Shown: positions 1 through 14,645 of the stretch, in pieces
How positions within the stretch are numbered: the first letter of the stretch is position 1
Layout of the letters: each line of letters opens with the position of its first letter
Source: Octopus vulgaris
Taxonomy: Eukaryota
Length of the DNA: 64,000 nt
Assembly: GCA_951406725.2 (NCBI GenBank)
Contig: OX597842.1
Span: forward strand, 868,001-932,000
Direction of reading: 5' to 3'
Program-made: the position numbers and the translations under genes
The notes under the pieces: model-generated
The model's database searches: none
The model's input: the letters and a program-made list of their open reading frames with translations, nothing else
What the model was told of the DNA's origin: nothing

Positions 1-13
1 GATAGATTGATAG

Positions 14-53
<40 letters not shown>

Positions 54-55
54 TG

Positions 56-117
<62 letters not shown>

Positions 118-168
118 GTAGATAGATAGATAGGTAGATAGATAGGTAGATAGATAGATAGACAGATA
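1..168. repeat. (GATA)n microsatellite
   Basis: Direct tandem GATA/GGTA units. Confidence 0.95.
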
Positions 169-382
169 ATACATGTTGACAATATTTAACTGCGTCCATA
201 AAATTCTCTGACAATATTTCCAGAATATTGCAAAATGTTCCAACCATTGTTAGGAAGATACAAGTTACAATAAAACTATATTCCACATATTTACATAAAA
301 ATGGTTGGAAAGATGGAGAATCTTCGCCTTTTTTTCCATTCCCTTTATCCCAAGAAAACTGTCAAGTGTTCAGCAGGATTGC

Positions 383-427
<45 letters not shown>

Positions 428-675
428 TGTGTGTATGAGTGTGTATGTATCAGTATATATATAAGGGAATACACACACACCTGCATAAAATAGATAGTGA
501 TGCAGATAAGCTTGATTAAGTGTGACACACAGACACACACATATATACACACACACACATTATATATATATATAAATATATGTATAAATACAGATAACAA
601 AATATATTCAGAAAACAAGCTCATCCATACAAGCAAATATATATACATACATACATACATACATACATACATACA

Positions 676-708
<33 letters not shown>

Positions 709-1039
709 GTATATATATATATATAGACAAATATATTTACAAAGAGCATAAAAAATGTATAAAATATATTTAAAATATATATACAAACACAGATATATGT
801 GTTTGTGTGTATTCATGTTTATACACCCACCCCGTAAGCATATATCATAGAATACATTCAGGCAAAGATATCTACATCAAAACCCAGCTGTGTACATACA
901 TGCACAGAGAAACAAATACACAAGATGTATACTGAAAACAATTCGTGTAAATACGTGTATATACTTATATGTCTTGGTATACATATACAAATATATATAT
1001 ATGTATGTGCGTATGTATGTATGTATGTATGTATGTATG

Positions 1040-1070
<31 letters not shown>

Positions 1071-1106
1071 TTGTATATGTATAATAATAATAATAATAAT
1101 AATAAT

Positions 1107-1372
1107 GATATGAGGGAATATTATTCCAAACTTACAGGGAAAAATTCAATTTAGAAATACTAAATCAAATTTCACAAAATATAATATATATATGTATATG
1201 AATTAGAAAAAACCCACCTTTTATCAATTCAATAATGAAAAATTAAATTATACCATTTAGAAAAATTACATATTATGAAAAGATTATACATATATATATA
1301 TATGTGTGTGTGTGTGTGTATATATATATATGTGTGTGTGTATATATATATATGTGTATATGTATATATATA

Positions 1373-1413
<41 letters not shown>

Positions 1414-1824
1414 ATATGTATATATATATAATTAATTAATAAGGGTGAGAGAATTAGATACTAATTTAATAGCATATCTATTCAACACCAAGTGGCCCAG
1501 TGCCTCGAGAAACCTGGATTATTATAATATATTATAATATTTTATACAAAAATAAATATAAGAGAATGGTCACTATGTGGCTCATTCTAGCACTAGAAAA
1601 TCCAAAAGGTTTCAACCACAAAAATACATGTTTCCTATGAAAGTCAGTACGATTGTTAGCTCATACGAACAGGGCAAATAAAAAATAACAAAAATACAGA
1701 TTATTTTGGGACAATTGTTTCGCTATTAATGAATTAAATGTAATTTTACTTACAAAAAACCCACTTGTAGCTCCTCAGCCAAAACTATCTGGATGAAATC
1801 CACTCAATCACACGCCAGATTTTA

Positions 1825-1830
<6 letters not shown>
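1107..1830 (-). mobile_element. Penelope-like element (pLTR-type) AT-rich remnant carrying a hammerhead ribozyme, interrupted by a (TA/TG)n tract
   Basis: AT-rich non-coding block between microsatellites with a complete type-I hammerhead motif on the minus strand. Minimal hammerheads are an established feature of PLE terminal repeats. Boundaries are approximate. Confidence 0.5.
1697..1791 (-). ncRNA. Type-I minimal hammerhead ribozyme (apparently intact)
   Basis: Minus strand reads CAGATAGTTTTGG-CTGAGGA-GCTA-(long AT-rich loop)-TAGC-GAAA-C-AATT-GTC-CCAAAATAATCTG. All core nucleotides present; stem I 13 bp (one mismatch, one G-U), stem II 4 bp, stem III with palindromic AAUU loop; GUC cleavage between 1710 and 1709. 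Confidence 0.8.
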
Positions 1831-1860
<30 letters not shown>

Positions 1861-1876
1861 TTGTGCAAAACACACA

Positions 1877-1924
<48 letters not shown>

Positions 1925-2263
1925 CATACATATATATATAAATATACATACATACATATATATACATACATACACATACATACATACATACATATATATA
2001 TATATATACACACATAAATGTGTATGTACAAATCAGATGGAAAGGTGTCACCTAAAGCCATTTTATAAGCTTGCTACACATTGTAATACAAACCAGTGAA
2101 CTGTGAATTAGGGGAGCGACCTGTTGATAGTCTTGCAGAGTGATGCATGCAGAGTTACGTTCCATGACCCCAGGGCAATAAGGCTAATAGAATATGTAGC
2201 CATATTGATCTATCAATTTCATATACACACGCATACACGCATATATATATCTTTGTACAAAAC

Positions 2264-2314
<51 letters not shown>

Positions 2315-2444
2315 TACACATATATATATGGACTTATCAAAATACATATACAAATATAATTATACTTGAATGTATATTTATGTGTGGGTGTATTCATATA
2401 TATATTTTTTTAGAAATATACATACATTTGCATTTAGGCATATA

Positions 2445-3725
2445 CAGGGGTTGGACAAAATAATGGAAACACCTAGCATCATAGCATCATAATTTTGAAA
2501 TATCTATAAAACTGTCAAAAGTTGGTTTATTTTTATGTTTTTTTTTATTTATTACTAGTGTTGATTAATATGTTTTGCTAAAATTGCTGTTTCTTTTCAG
2601 ATATCATCAGAAAAAGGTCATTAAAATTCATTAATATGACAGATCTATCGGACTTTCAAAGAGGTCAAATTGTTGGTGCTTGTATGGCAGGCGCTAGCAT
2701 AACAAAAACAGCCAAAATGTTTGGTGTATCAAGAAGTACTCTCTTGAAAGTAATGACAGCCTTTGAGAAAGAGGGAAAAACCTCCTCATCGAAACAAAAC
2801 TCCGGAAGAAAACCAAAACTTTCAGATAGGGACCATCAGACTCTTAAGCGAATTATTAAAAAGCATCACAAAAGTACAGCTCCCAAAATTACTGCAGAGC
2901 TTAATGACCACCTCAAGAACCCAGTTTCAACAACAACTGTTCGCCGGGAGCTGCACAAAGCTGGATTTCACGGGAGGACTGCAATCAGAAAACCACTCCT
3001 TTCAAAAACAAACGTTGCAAAGCATTTAGAGAGGAGGAAAAACCTACAGAATTGGAGTGGAGCAGTGGAAGAATGTTATTTTCTCAGACGAGTCATCTTT
3101 TACATTATTTCCGCCCACTGGCCGAGTATACGTGTGGAAACAGCCAAAAGAAGCATTTGACCCAGACCACCTTCTTCCAATTGTTAAACATGGAGGACAA
3201 TCTATAATGATCTGGTGGGGGAGGGGGTTATATCTTGGAAATCCGCTGGCCCACTGGCTTCATTTCATGGCAGAATTAATAGTCAAGACTATTTGAGGAT
3301 TTTATCTGATCAAATTCATCCTATGGTTGCGGAACTATTTCCAGAGGGAAACGCAATCTTTCATTATGATAATGCACGAATTCACACGGCTAAAGTTGTT
3401 ACTGAATGGCACGAGGAACATTCTAGTGAAGCTGAACATCTTATCTGGCCACCACAGTCCCCAGATCTCAATATTATTGAACATTTATGGTGCATTTTAG
3501 AAAAACAATTAAGGAGTCGATATACTCCACCATTATCACTACAAGAACTGGAGACTGTTTTAGCTGAAGAATGGACAAAAATTCCTTTGGAAACCATTAA
3601 GACTTTGTACATGTCCATACCTCATATAATTCAAGCTGTAATTATTACTAAAGGTGGTCCTACTCAATATTAAAATAAATTTGTTTGGAATTTTAAGGTG
3701 TTTCCATTATTTTGTCCAACCCCTG
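2445..3725 (+). mobile_element. Full-length Tc1/mariner DNA transposon, DD36E (Incomer-like), 1281 bp
   Basis: Perfect 30-bp TIRs CAGGGGTTGGACAAAATAATGGAAACACCT (2445-2474 / 3696-3725), TA on both flanks, internal transposase. Confidence 0.95.
2636..3673 (+). pseudogene. Tc1-type transposase with two frameshifts (~3056 and ~3220)
   Basis: HTH-like N-terminus with GRKPKLS, then VIFSDES, VKHGG, FHYDNA and WPPQSPDLNIIE across three overlapping ORFs; 36 residues between the second D and E. Confidence 0.92.
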
Positions 3726-3808
3726 TATATATATATATCTACATATATGTATATACTTATATAGATACATAAATCTGTATATACTTATATATATATATAC
3801 ATATATAA

Positions 3809-4870
3809 GGTGTAGGTAGAAACTCCATAAGATGCACCCAGTGTAAGCTATGGACACATAAGAGGTGCAGCAACATCAAAGGTAAATTAACTGATAAGAT
3901 AGCTTTCCTGTGTGGCAGATGCACAGGGACAATAGACGCCACAGATACTCAGAAAACAGATTCCATTACACTCCTGAGGGAGAAACTAGAAGTAGTTGAT
4001 AGTTTCCGCTACCTAGGTGACCAAGTTAGGAGTGGAGGTGGATGCTCAGAGAGTATCACCACAAGAATACAAATAGCCTGGGCAAAGTTTAGAAAGCTCC
4101 TACCCCTACTGGCGACAAAGGGTCTCTCACTCAGAGTGAAAGGTAGATTGTATGATGCATGTGTGCGAACTGCCATGCTTCACGGTAGTGAAACATGGGC
4201 TGTGACTGCAGAGGACATGAGTAGACTTGAAAGAAATGAAGCTAGCATGATCCGCTGGATGTGTAATGTCAGTGTGCACGCACGACAGAGGGTAAGCACC
4301 CTGAGAGAAATGCTGGACATAAGAAGCATCAGATGTGGTGTGCAAGAGCGACGCTTGCAATGGTATGGTCATGTACTGTGGATGGATGAGGAGAGATGTG
4401 TGAAGTGCCACTCCCAAACAGTTGAAGGTATCAGGGGGAGAGTTAGACCCAGGAAGACATGGGATGAGGTAGTCAAGCATGACATCAAAGCGTTGGGCCT
4501 CACTGAGGCAATGGCGAAGGACCGAGATCTCTGGAGATATGCTGTGATTGCAAAGACCCGGGCTGCTTCCTGCACAAGTTCCGCATAGCCCCTGCCCATT
4601 CAAAGTACCTCGCCTGGCTTCCGTGCCAGTGACACGTTAAAAGCACCAACTGATCGTGGCCAATGCCAGACTCCCCTGGCAACTGTGCAGGTGGCACGTA
4701 AAAAGCACCCACTACACTTGCGGAATGGTTGGTGTTAGGAAGGGCATCCAGCTGTAGAAACACGGCCAGATCAGACTGGAGCCTGGTGCAGGCCCTGGTT
4801 TCCCAGACCCCGGTCGAACCGTCCAACCCATGCTGGCGCAGTAAACGGACGTTAAACGATGATGATGATG

Positions 4871-4876
<6 letters not shown>
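3809..4876 (+). mobile_element. 5'-truncated RTE-clade LINE: open frame 3809-4588, 3' UTR and (GAT)n tail
   Basis: Translation GVGRNSIRCTQCKLWTHKRC...FRYLGD...AWAKF...MLHGSETW...RRLQWYGHV...GRVRPRKTW, typical of RTE ORF C-termini; ends GTTAAAC(GAT)n; flanked by (TA)n. Confidence 0.9.
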
Positions 4877-4924
<48 letters not shown>

Positions 4925-5115
4925 CTACATGTCTATATCAAATTCATTTAGTTCTATATATTTACATATATTCACACACACACATGTCTATCTCCATCAC
5001 AAGGCTTTGGTCAGCCTGAGGTTATAGTAGAAAACACTTGCCCAAGGTGCCAAACAGTGGGACTGAACCCGGAACCATGTGGTTGGGAAACATCTGATGG
5101 AGTAACGTGAATGCC

Positions 5116-5314
5116 GTACCTGGCCCAAATATTCTGCTATACGTACAAAACCAGCCAGAACTGGCCTCTTATACTGACCCTGGAACTCCATTCCAGTAAC
5201 AAATAATCACATCATCGAAATCTCAAAGCTACAAGATAATGCAGGATTAATTCAAATCAATGGGAATAAATAAGGATTACATTTGAGAGAGTAATCTCAA
5301 TGCTAAAGGATTAA
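5116..5314. mobile_element. Probable piggyBac-like MITE remnant
   Basis: Ends AATGCTAAAGGATTAA, resembling an ...AGGG-TTAA terminus; the other end is not recognisable. Confidence 0.3.
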
Positions 5315-5420
5315 ATTTAGATTAGCTGAAGTTGAAATTTCATTGTTAAACTACAGTGGAGAAGGTTAGTCATTGGATTTGGTTAAAAAGAGACGATGAG
5401 TGATGGCTAGAGGAATACAC

Positions 5421-5624
5421 TTTTACTTGTTTCGGTTATTTGACTGTGGCCATGCTGGAGTACCATCTTTAGTCGAGCAAATCGACCCCAGGACTTATTC
5501 TTTGTAAGCCCAGTACTTATTCTATCGGTCTCTTTTGCTGAACCACTAAGTTACGGGGACATAAACTCACCAGCATGGTTGTCAAACAATGCTGGGGGGG
5601 AGGGGGACAAACACAGACACACAA

Positions 5625-5657
<33 letters not shown>

Positions 5658-5828
5658 CATATATACGACGGGCTTCTCTCAGTTTCCGTCTACCAAATCC
5701 ACTCATAAGACATGGTCAGCCTGAGGCTATAGCAGAAGACACTTGCCCAAGGTGCCATGCAGTGGGACTGAACCCGGAACCATGCGGTTTGTAAGCAAGC
5801 TACTTACCACACAGCCACTCCTACACCT
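5421..5828 (-). mobile_element. tRNA-derived SINE family A, full length
   Basis: Reverse complement of the 14644-15040 type: A/B boxes, CCTTGGGCAAGTGTCTT motif, internal CA/TA tract, GAAACAAGTAAAAG tail. Confidence 0.85.
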
Positions 5829-6062
5829 ATAGGTATGATATAATGTATATGTAACATATGGGACAATTATAAACAGGGCAAATTTTAGCCATTTCTCTTC
5901 AGACAGAAAAAATGATGAACAACCTTAATCGATTTTCAAACCCTGTTGGCTTCTCATCAGAGGTGTCTACACCATTCTGATATATATTTTTATCTATGGC
6001 TGTGTGATAATGGAGCCTTCTTTGCAACCATGAGGTTTAGAGTTTAGGGCCCCACAGTGAAG

Positions 6063-6250
6063 ATACCTATTTCTTTACTACCCACAAGGGGCTAAACACA
6101 GAGAGGACAAACAAGGACAGACAAATGGATTAAGTCGATTACATCAACCCCAGTGAGTAACTGGTACTTATTTAATCGATCCTGAAAGGATGAACGACAA
6201 AGTCAACCTCGGCGGAATTTGAACTCAGAATGTAGCAGCAGACGAAATAC
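6063..6250 (-). mobile_element. SINE family B
   Basis: Shares the GACTTTGCCTTTCATCCTTTCGGGGTCGATAAATAAGTACCAG-type core and CCCCTTGTGGGTAGTAAAGAAATA tail with copies at ~21.3, 30.0, 49.5 and 53.9 kb. Confidence 0.8.
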
Positions 6251-6689
6251 TTACCCTGCATAGGTATATTCTACTTTAGTCCCGGCACAACCAAAACCTG
6301 GTGTGTGACTTTGACAAAAACTGTGAGGAAGCCTGTTGTATCTGTGTGTGAGTGAGCATGTGTCTGTGTTTGTTTATGTCATTCATACTATTTACAACTG
6401 AGGTTGGTTTGTTTATGTCCCTATAAACTTAGTCTTTCAACAGGGGATAAATAGAAATACCAGACTTAAAATCAGGGTGGATTTATTCAATTAAACCCTT
6501 CAAGGCAATGCCCCAGCATGGCCACAGTCCAATGATAGGAACAGTAAAAGATGTGCTCCAATATGGCCACAGTCAAAATGACTAAAACGAGTAAAAGAAC
6601 GTATATGTGTAGTAAGAAGCTTACTTCCCAACCACATCATTCCAGGTTCAGTCCTACTGCATGGCAAATAAAAATATATGTATATAGGG

Positions 6690-7060
6690 GCAGGCATGTC
6701 TGTGTGGTAAGCAACTTGCTTCCCAACCACATGGTTTCTGGGTTCAGTCCCACTGTGTGGCACCTTTGGCAAGTGTCTTCTACTAGAGCCTCGGGTTGAC
6801 CAAAGCCTTGTGAGTGGATTTCGTAGATGGAAACTGAAAGAAGCCCATCGTATATGTATATGTATGAGTGTGTGTGTCTTTATGTCTGTGTTTGTCCCTA
6901 ACCATCACTTGACAGCCAGTGATGGTGTGTTTCCATCCTAGTAACTTAGCAGTCTGGCAAAAGAGTCCGATAGAATAAGGACCAGGTTTATAAAATTTAA
7001 CTACAAGGAAGTGCTCCAGCATGGCTGTAGTTTGAAGACCGAAACAAATAAGAGATAGAA
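6690..7060 (+). mobile_element. SINE family A copy (preceded by family A fragments 6290-6665)
   Basis: Same head, core and tail as other family A copies. Confidence 0.8.
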
Positions 7061-7669
7061 AATAATAATTGTGGAGAACCTTAAGTATGAAACCATTGGT
7101 TGCCTTGTAAATCCACAATTAAACACTTGATGTCTGTGTGCATGTATGTATGTGTGCCTAGCTCGTTGATATGACCCTGCTACCCTCCATCAAGCCCTTT
7201 AATCTTAAAAATTCTAAATATAAAGAAAAATGTGTTTACTATTCTTTACAAAGCCAGGGAAATATTTGAGAGGAACTTGGCTGATATTTCCGAGAGAGCA
7301 GAGTGACCACAAACAGGATCTGTTCCTTAGTTCTTAGCAATGGGACACATACACAACACTTAATTTTCATTTTCATTGCTGTCAAACATTCTGCCATCAA
7401 TCTTGCTCTTTGTGGAATTTCGTACAAGAGCTGGACAGATTATAGAAATAAAACAATGGTGGATTTCAAAGAAATGATTCTTCTGGATCCAGCAAAATCC
7501 CAATAATCTAAAGCATATCCTCTATCAGACCGGACCTCAAAAGCATCTGTCTAGCTATCTGTCCATACTGTATCTTTCTATATATCTAGGGTCTATCTGT
7601 TCACTCCAACATCTTAACACTATAGATATATATCTATCCAGTCACCATCACCACATTTTATGTATTTCT

Positions 7670-10600
7670 ATCCACTCAACATCTACACACTGTATCTATC
7701 CATCAACTAAACATCTACACACTGTGTCTATTCATCACCTAAACATCTACACACTGTGTCTATCCATCAACTAAACATCTACACTCTGTGTCTATCTGTC
7801 CACTCAACATCTACACACTGTGTCTATCTGTCCACTCAAAATCTACACACTGTCTCTCTCTGTCCACTCAACATCTACACACTGTGTCTCTCTGTCCACT
7901 CAACATCTACACACTGTGTCTCTCTGTCCACTCAACATCTACACACTGTGTCCATCTCTCCATTCAACATCTGTACACTGTGTCTATCTGTCAACTAAAC
8001 ATCTACACACAGTGTCTATCTCTGTCCACTCAACATCTACACACTGTGTCTATCTGTCCACTCAACATCTACACACTGTGTCTCTCTGTTCACCAAACAT
8101 CTACACACTGTGTCTCTCTGTCCACTCAACATCTACACACTGTGACCATCTGTCCACTCAACATCTACACACTGTGACCATCTGTCCACTCAACATCTAC
8201 ACACTATGTCTATCTGTCCACTCAACATCTATACACTGTGTCTATCTCTCCACTCAACATCTACACACTGTGTCTATCAGTCTACTCAACATCTACACAC
8301 TGTGTGCATCTCTGTCCACTCAACATCTACACACTGTGTCTCTCTGTCCACTCAACATCTACACACTGTGTCTATTTCTGTCCACTCAACATCTACACAC
8401 TGTGTCTCTCTGTCCACTCAACATCTACACACTGTGTTTCTCTGTCCACTCAACATCTACACACTGTCTCTCTGTCCACTCAACATCTACACACTGTGTC
8501 TATCTGTCCACTCAACATCTACACACTGTGTCTCTCTGTCCACTCAACATCTACACACTGTGTCTCTCTGTCCACTTAACATCTACACACTGTGTCCCTC
8601 TGTCCCCTCATCATCTACACACTGTATCTATCTGTCCACTCAACATCTACACACTGTGTCTATCTGTCCACTCAACATCTACACACTGTGTCTCTCTGTC
8701 CACTCAACATCTACACACTCTGTCTCTCTGTCCCCTCATCATCTACACACTGTGTCCCTCTGTCCCCTCATCATCTACACACTGTGTCTCTCTGTCCACT
8801 CAACATCTACACTCTGTGTCTCCCTGTCCACGCAACATCAACACACTGTGTCTCCCTGTCCACTCAACATCTACACACTGTGTCTCTCTGTCCACTCAAC
8901 ATCTACACTCTGTGTCTCCCTGTCCACTCAACATCTACACACTGTGTCTCTCTGTCCACTCAACATCTACACTCTGTGTCTCCCTGTCCACTCAACATCT
9001 ACACACTGTGTCTCTCTGTTCACTCAACATCTACACACTGTGTCTCTCTGTCCACTCAACATCTACACACTGTGTCCCTCTGTCCCCTCATCATCTACAC
9101 ACTGTATCTATCTGTCAACTCAACATCTACACTCTGTGTCTCCCTGTCCACTCAACATCTACACACTGTGTCTCTCTGTCCACTCAACATCTACACTCTG
9201 TGTCTCCCTGTCCACTCAACATCTACACACTGTGTCTCCCTGTCCACTCAACATCTACACACTGTGTCTCTCTGTCCACTCAACATCTACACTCTGTGTC
9301 TCCCTGTCCACTCAACATCTACACACTGTGTCTCTCTGTCCACTCAACATCTACACTCTGTGTCTCCCTGTACACTCAACATCTACACACTGTGTCTCTC
9401 TGTCCACTCAACATCTACGCAATGTGTCCATCTGTCCACTAAACATCTACACACTGTGTCCATCTGTCCACTCAACATCTACACACTGTGTCTCTCTGTC
9501 CACTCAACATCTACACACTGTGTCTCTCTGTCCACTCAACATCTACACACTGTGTCTCTCTGTCCCCTCAACATCTACACACTGTGTCTCTCTGTCCACT
9601 CAACATCTACACACTGTGTCTATCTGTCCACTCAACATCTACACTCTGTCTCTCTCTGTCCACTCAACATCTACACACTGTGTCTATCTGTCCACTCAAC
9701 ATCTACACACTGTGTCTATCTGTCCACTCAACATCTACACACTGTGTCTCTCTGTCCCCTCAACATCTACACTCTGTGTCTCTCTGTCCACTCAACATCT
9801 ACACACTGTGTCTATCTGTCCCCTCAACATCTACACTCTGTGTCTATCTCTGTCCACTCAACATCTACACACTGTGTCTATCTGTCCACTCAACATCTAC
9901 ACACTGTGTCTATCTCTGTCCACTCAACATCTACACACTGTGTCTCTGTCCCCTCAACATCTACACTCTGTGACTCTCTGTCCACTCAACATCTACACAC
10001 TGTGTCCATCTGTCCACTCAACATCTACACACTGTGTGTCTCTGTCCTCTCAACATCTACACACTATGTCTGTCTGTCCACTCAACATCTACACACTGTG
10101 TCTCTCTGTCCACTCAACATCTACACACTGTGTCTCTCTGTCCACTCAACATCTACACACTGTGTCTATCTGTCCACTCAACATCTACACACTGTGTCTC
10201 TCTGTCCACTCAACATCTACACACTGTGTCTCTCTGTCCACTCAACATCTACACACTGTGTCTCTGTCCACTCAACATCTACACACTGTGTCTCTCTGTC
10301 CACTCAACATCTACACAGTGTCCATCTGTCCACTCAACATCTACACACTGTGTCTCTCTGTCCATTCAACATCTACACACTGTGTCTATCTGTCCACTCA
10401 ACATCTACACACTGTGTCTATCTGTCCACTCAACATCTACACACTGTGTCTATCTGTCCACTCAACATCTACACACTGTGTCTATCTCTGTCCACTCAAC
10501 ATCTACACACTGTGTCTATCTGTCCACTCAACATCTACACTCTGTGTCTATCTCTGTCCACTCAACATCTACACACTGTGTCTCTCTGTCCCCTCAACAT

Positions 10601-11470
10601 CTACACTCTGTGTCTATCTCTGTCCACTCAACATCTACACACTGTGTCTCTGTCCCCTCAACATCTACACTCTGTGTCTCTCTGTCCACTCAACATCTAC
10701 ACACTGTGTCTATCTGTCCACTCAACATCTACACACTGTGTCTATCTGTCCACTCAACATCTACACACTGTGTGTCTCTGTCCACTCAACATCTACACAC
10801 TGTGTCTGTCTGTCCACTCAACATCTACACACTGTGTCTCTCTGTCCACTCAACATCTACACACTGTGTCTCTCTGTCCACTCAACATCTACACACACTG
10901 TCTATCTGTCCACTCAACATCTACACACTGTGTCTGTCTGTCCACTCAACATCTACACACTGTGTCTATCTGTCCACTCAACATCTACACACTGTGTCTC
11001 TCTGTCCACTCAACATCTACACACTGTGTCTGTCTGTCCACTCAACATCTACACACTGTGTCTCTCTGTCCATTCAACATCTACACACTGTGTCTATCTG
11101 TCCACTCAACATCTACACACTGTCTCTCTGTCCACTCAACATCTACACACTGTGTCTATCTGTCCACTCAACATCTACACACTGTCTTTCTGTCCACTAA
11201 ACATCTACACACTGTGTCTATCTGTCCACTCAATATCTACACACTGTGTCTCTCTGTCCACTCAACATCTACACACACTGTCTATCTGTCCACTCAACAT
11301 CTACACACTGTGTCTATTTCTGTCCACTCAACATCTACACACTGTGTCTATTTCTGTCCACTCAACATCTACACACTGTGTCTATTTCTGTCCACTCAAC
11401 ATCTACACTCTGTGTCTATCTGTCCACTCAACATCTACACACTGCGTCTCTCTGTCCACTCAACATCTAC
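7670..11470. repeat. 32-bp minisatellite (TGTCCACTCAACATCTACACACTGTGTCTCTC), about 118 copies
   Basis: Continuous tandem array with 30/32/34-bp variants; accounts for the 500-1150 aa pseudo-ORFs. Confidence 0.97.
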
Positions 11471-11495
11471 ATATATGTATATATGCATCTCTCTG

Positions 11496-11535
<40 letters not shown>

Positions 11536-12163
11536 ATCTCTATCCCTCTATCTATCTATCTCTCTATCTACCTCTCTCCATCTCTCTCTCTCTATCTATC
11601 TATCTATCTCTCCAGCCCTCTATCTGTCTCTCTATCTATCCATCCATCCATTTAAAATCTACACCACATTCTTATATCCCTCTCTCTATCTCTCAATTTA
11701 ACATCTACAACATTCTTATCCACTCATCTCCCAGCCCCTTTCACTCCCTCTCTCTCTCCCTTTCTCTCCCTTCACACCCCACCAACATACCCAGGCCCCT
11801 TAACCACCTAACAAACTAATCCCTCATTCCCCTATACACTTAACTTCACACACTGTCTATTTATCCTGAACAAAGCTAGTATTTATAGGAAACACAGCGG
11901 CCCCAACACAACTGTAGCCATGTTGCCATGTGTATTAATATTCTTCTTCGCTATTCTCTTCACTGACTTTACATTAATGTAAAAATGGTTTATGGGTTCC
12001 ACGGAATCTCTTCAAGAGAACAAGATGTAATCAAAAACAGGAAGGAATCTATATGAAACCAAATGTCAAACATTATTATTATATATATAGTCTTATAGCT
12101 GTTGTCTGATCAATACATACGCATACATATATGTAAATACATATATATATATATGTGTGTATA

Positions 12164-12208
<45 letters not shown>

Positions 12209-12235
12209 ATATACATATATGTATATACATATACT

Positions 12236-12275
<40 letters not shown>

Positions 12276-12410
12276 GATATGTATATGTACATATGTATAT
12301 ATATATAAATATATATACATACATACATACATACATACATATATGTATTTATATATATATAGTTATATTTATATATATATACATATATGTATATATACAT
12401 ACATATATGT

Positions 12411-12451
<41 letters not shown>

Positions 12452-12499
12452 TATGTATATATATATATATACATATAAGTATACATACATACATATATG

Positions 12500-12539
<40 letters not shown>

Positions 12540-13013
12540 TTATACATACATACACATACATATATATGTTACATATACAAATATGTCTTACATACATATT
12601 TCATACATACATATATATATACAGACTTATACATACATATTTATACATATATATAGACACAGGTTCATATAGATACACATACATGCATACACATACATGC
12701 ATACACATACAAACACATATATATGGATAGGTATGTGTGCCTGTATGTGTATATGTATTGGGGTCTGTGTATGTCCTTGTATGAATTAGAAATACTTGAC
12801 TCTTAGTGTGAGTGTGTCTGCATGTGTGTGTATACATGTTTGTGCTCATGCATGTATATGTGTATATATATGTGTATTCATTTGTGATAGGGGTGGGATA
12901 TCTCACACACATAAACATCATAAATATGTTAATATTGAAAATATATCTATGTGGATGTATGTGTAGATAATATATGACCATATATGTATGTATACACATA
13001 TACATATACACAT

Positions 13014-13051
<38 letters not shown>

Positions 13052-13369
13052 TAGATAGATAAATACACAGAGACATACATACATACTAATATGTATATAC
13101 ATATTGATATACTTTAATAGATAAATATACAAACATGTATATATATATATATATATATACATATATATTGATATAATTACAGATATGCATAAATTTATAC
13201 ATGTATACATATATATATGCATTATATGTGTATGCATATATATAAACACAGAGTCACATATGTATGTATCTTTGCATATACATTGATGTATATACAAATT
13301 ATATAATGAAAAAAGATGCATATATACATGTATGTGTATATGTATATATGTCTTAAGATATATCATGTA

Positions 13370-14200
<831 letters not shown>

Positions 14201-14561
14201 AAAAATGAAAGAGCAAGAGTGTGTGGTAAGCTGTATATAGTAAAAGAATGTTAAGAGGAATGGTGAAAGAGAAGAAGTCACTCACTGACCAGTATGTGTG
14301 TATATGTATGTGTGAGTGTATGTCCATGCATTTTGTGTGTGTGTGTGTGTGTGTGACTGTGTGTGTGTGGTTTCAATACACTGTAACTCGCTCCATTAAA
14401 CATGTTTAGCTATGATACAAGCCTTTCCATTGCTCCACTGTGTGTGTATTCGTACATATGTATATATAGTGTATATACATGTGTGTGTAGTTGTGTAAAT
14501 CATATGTCTATGTTCACATACAGAAACACACACACACATATACAGATAGACAAATACAAGT

Positions 14562-14643
<82 letters not shown>

Positions 14644-14645
<2 letters not shown>

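Noticed and set aside
5895-7440. Possible minus-strand terminal exons near 5930-5977 and 7360-7432
   Set aside because: Weak or single splice signals and short unrecognisable peptides.
7756-11819. ORFs of 540-1149 aa
   Set aside because: Translations of the stop-free 32-bp minisatellite in all three frames; no domain or splice evidence.
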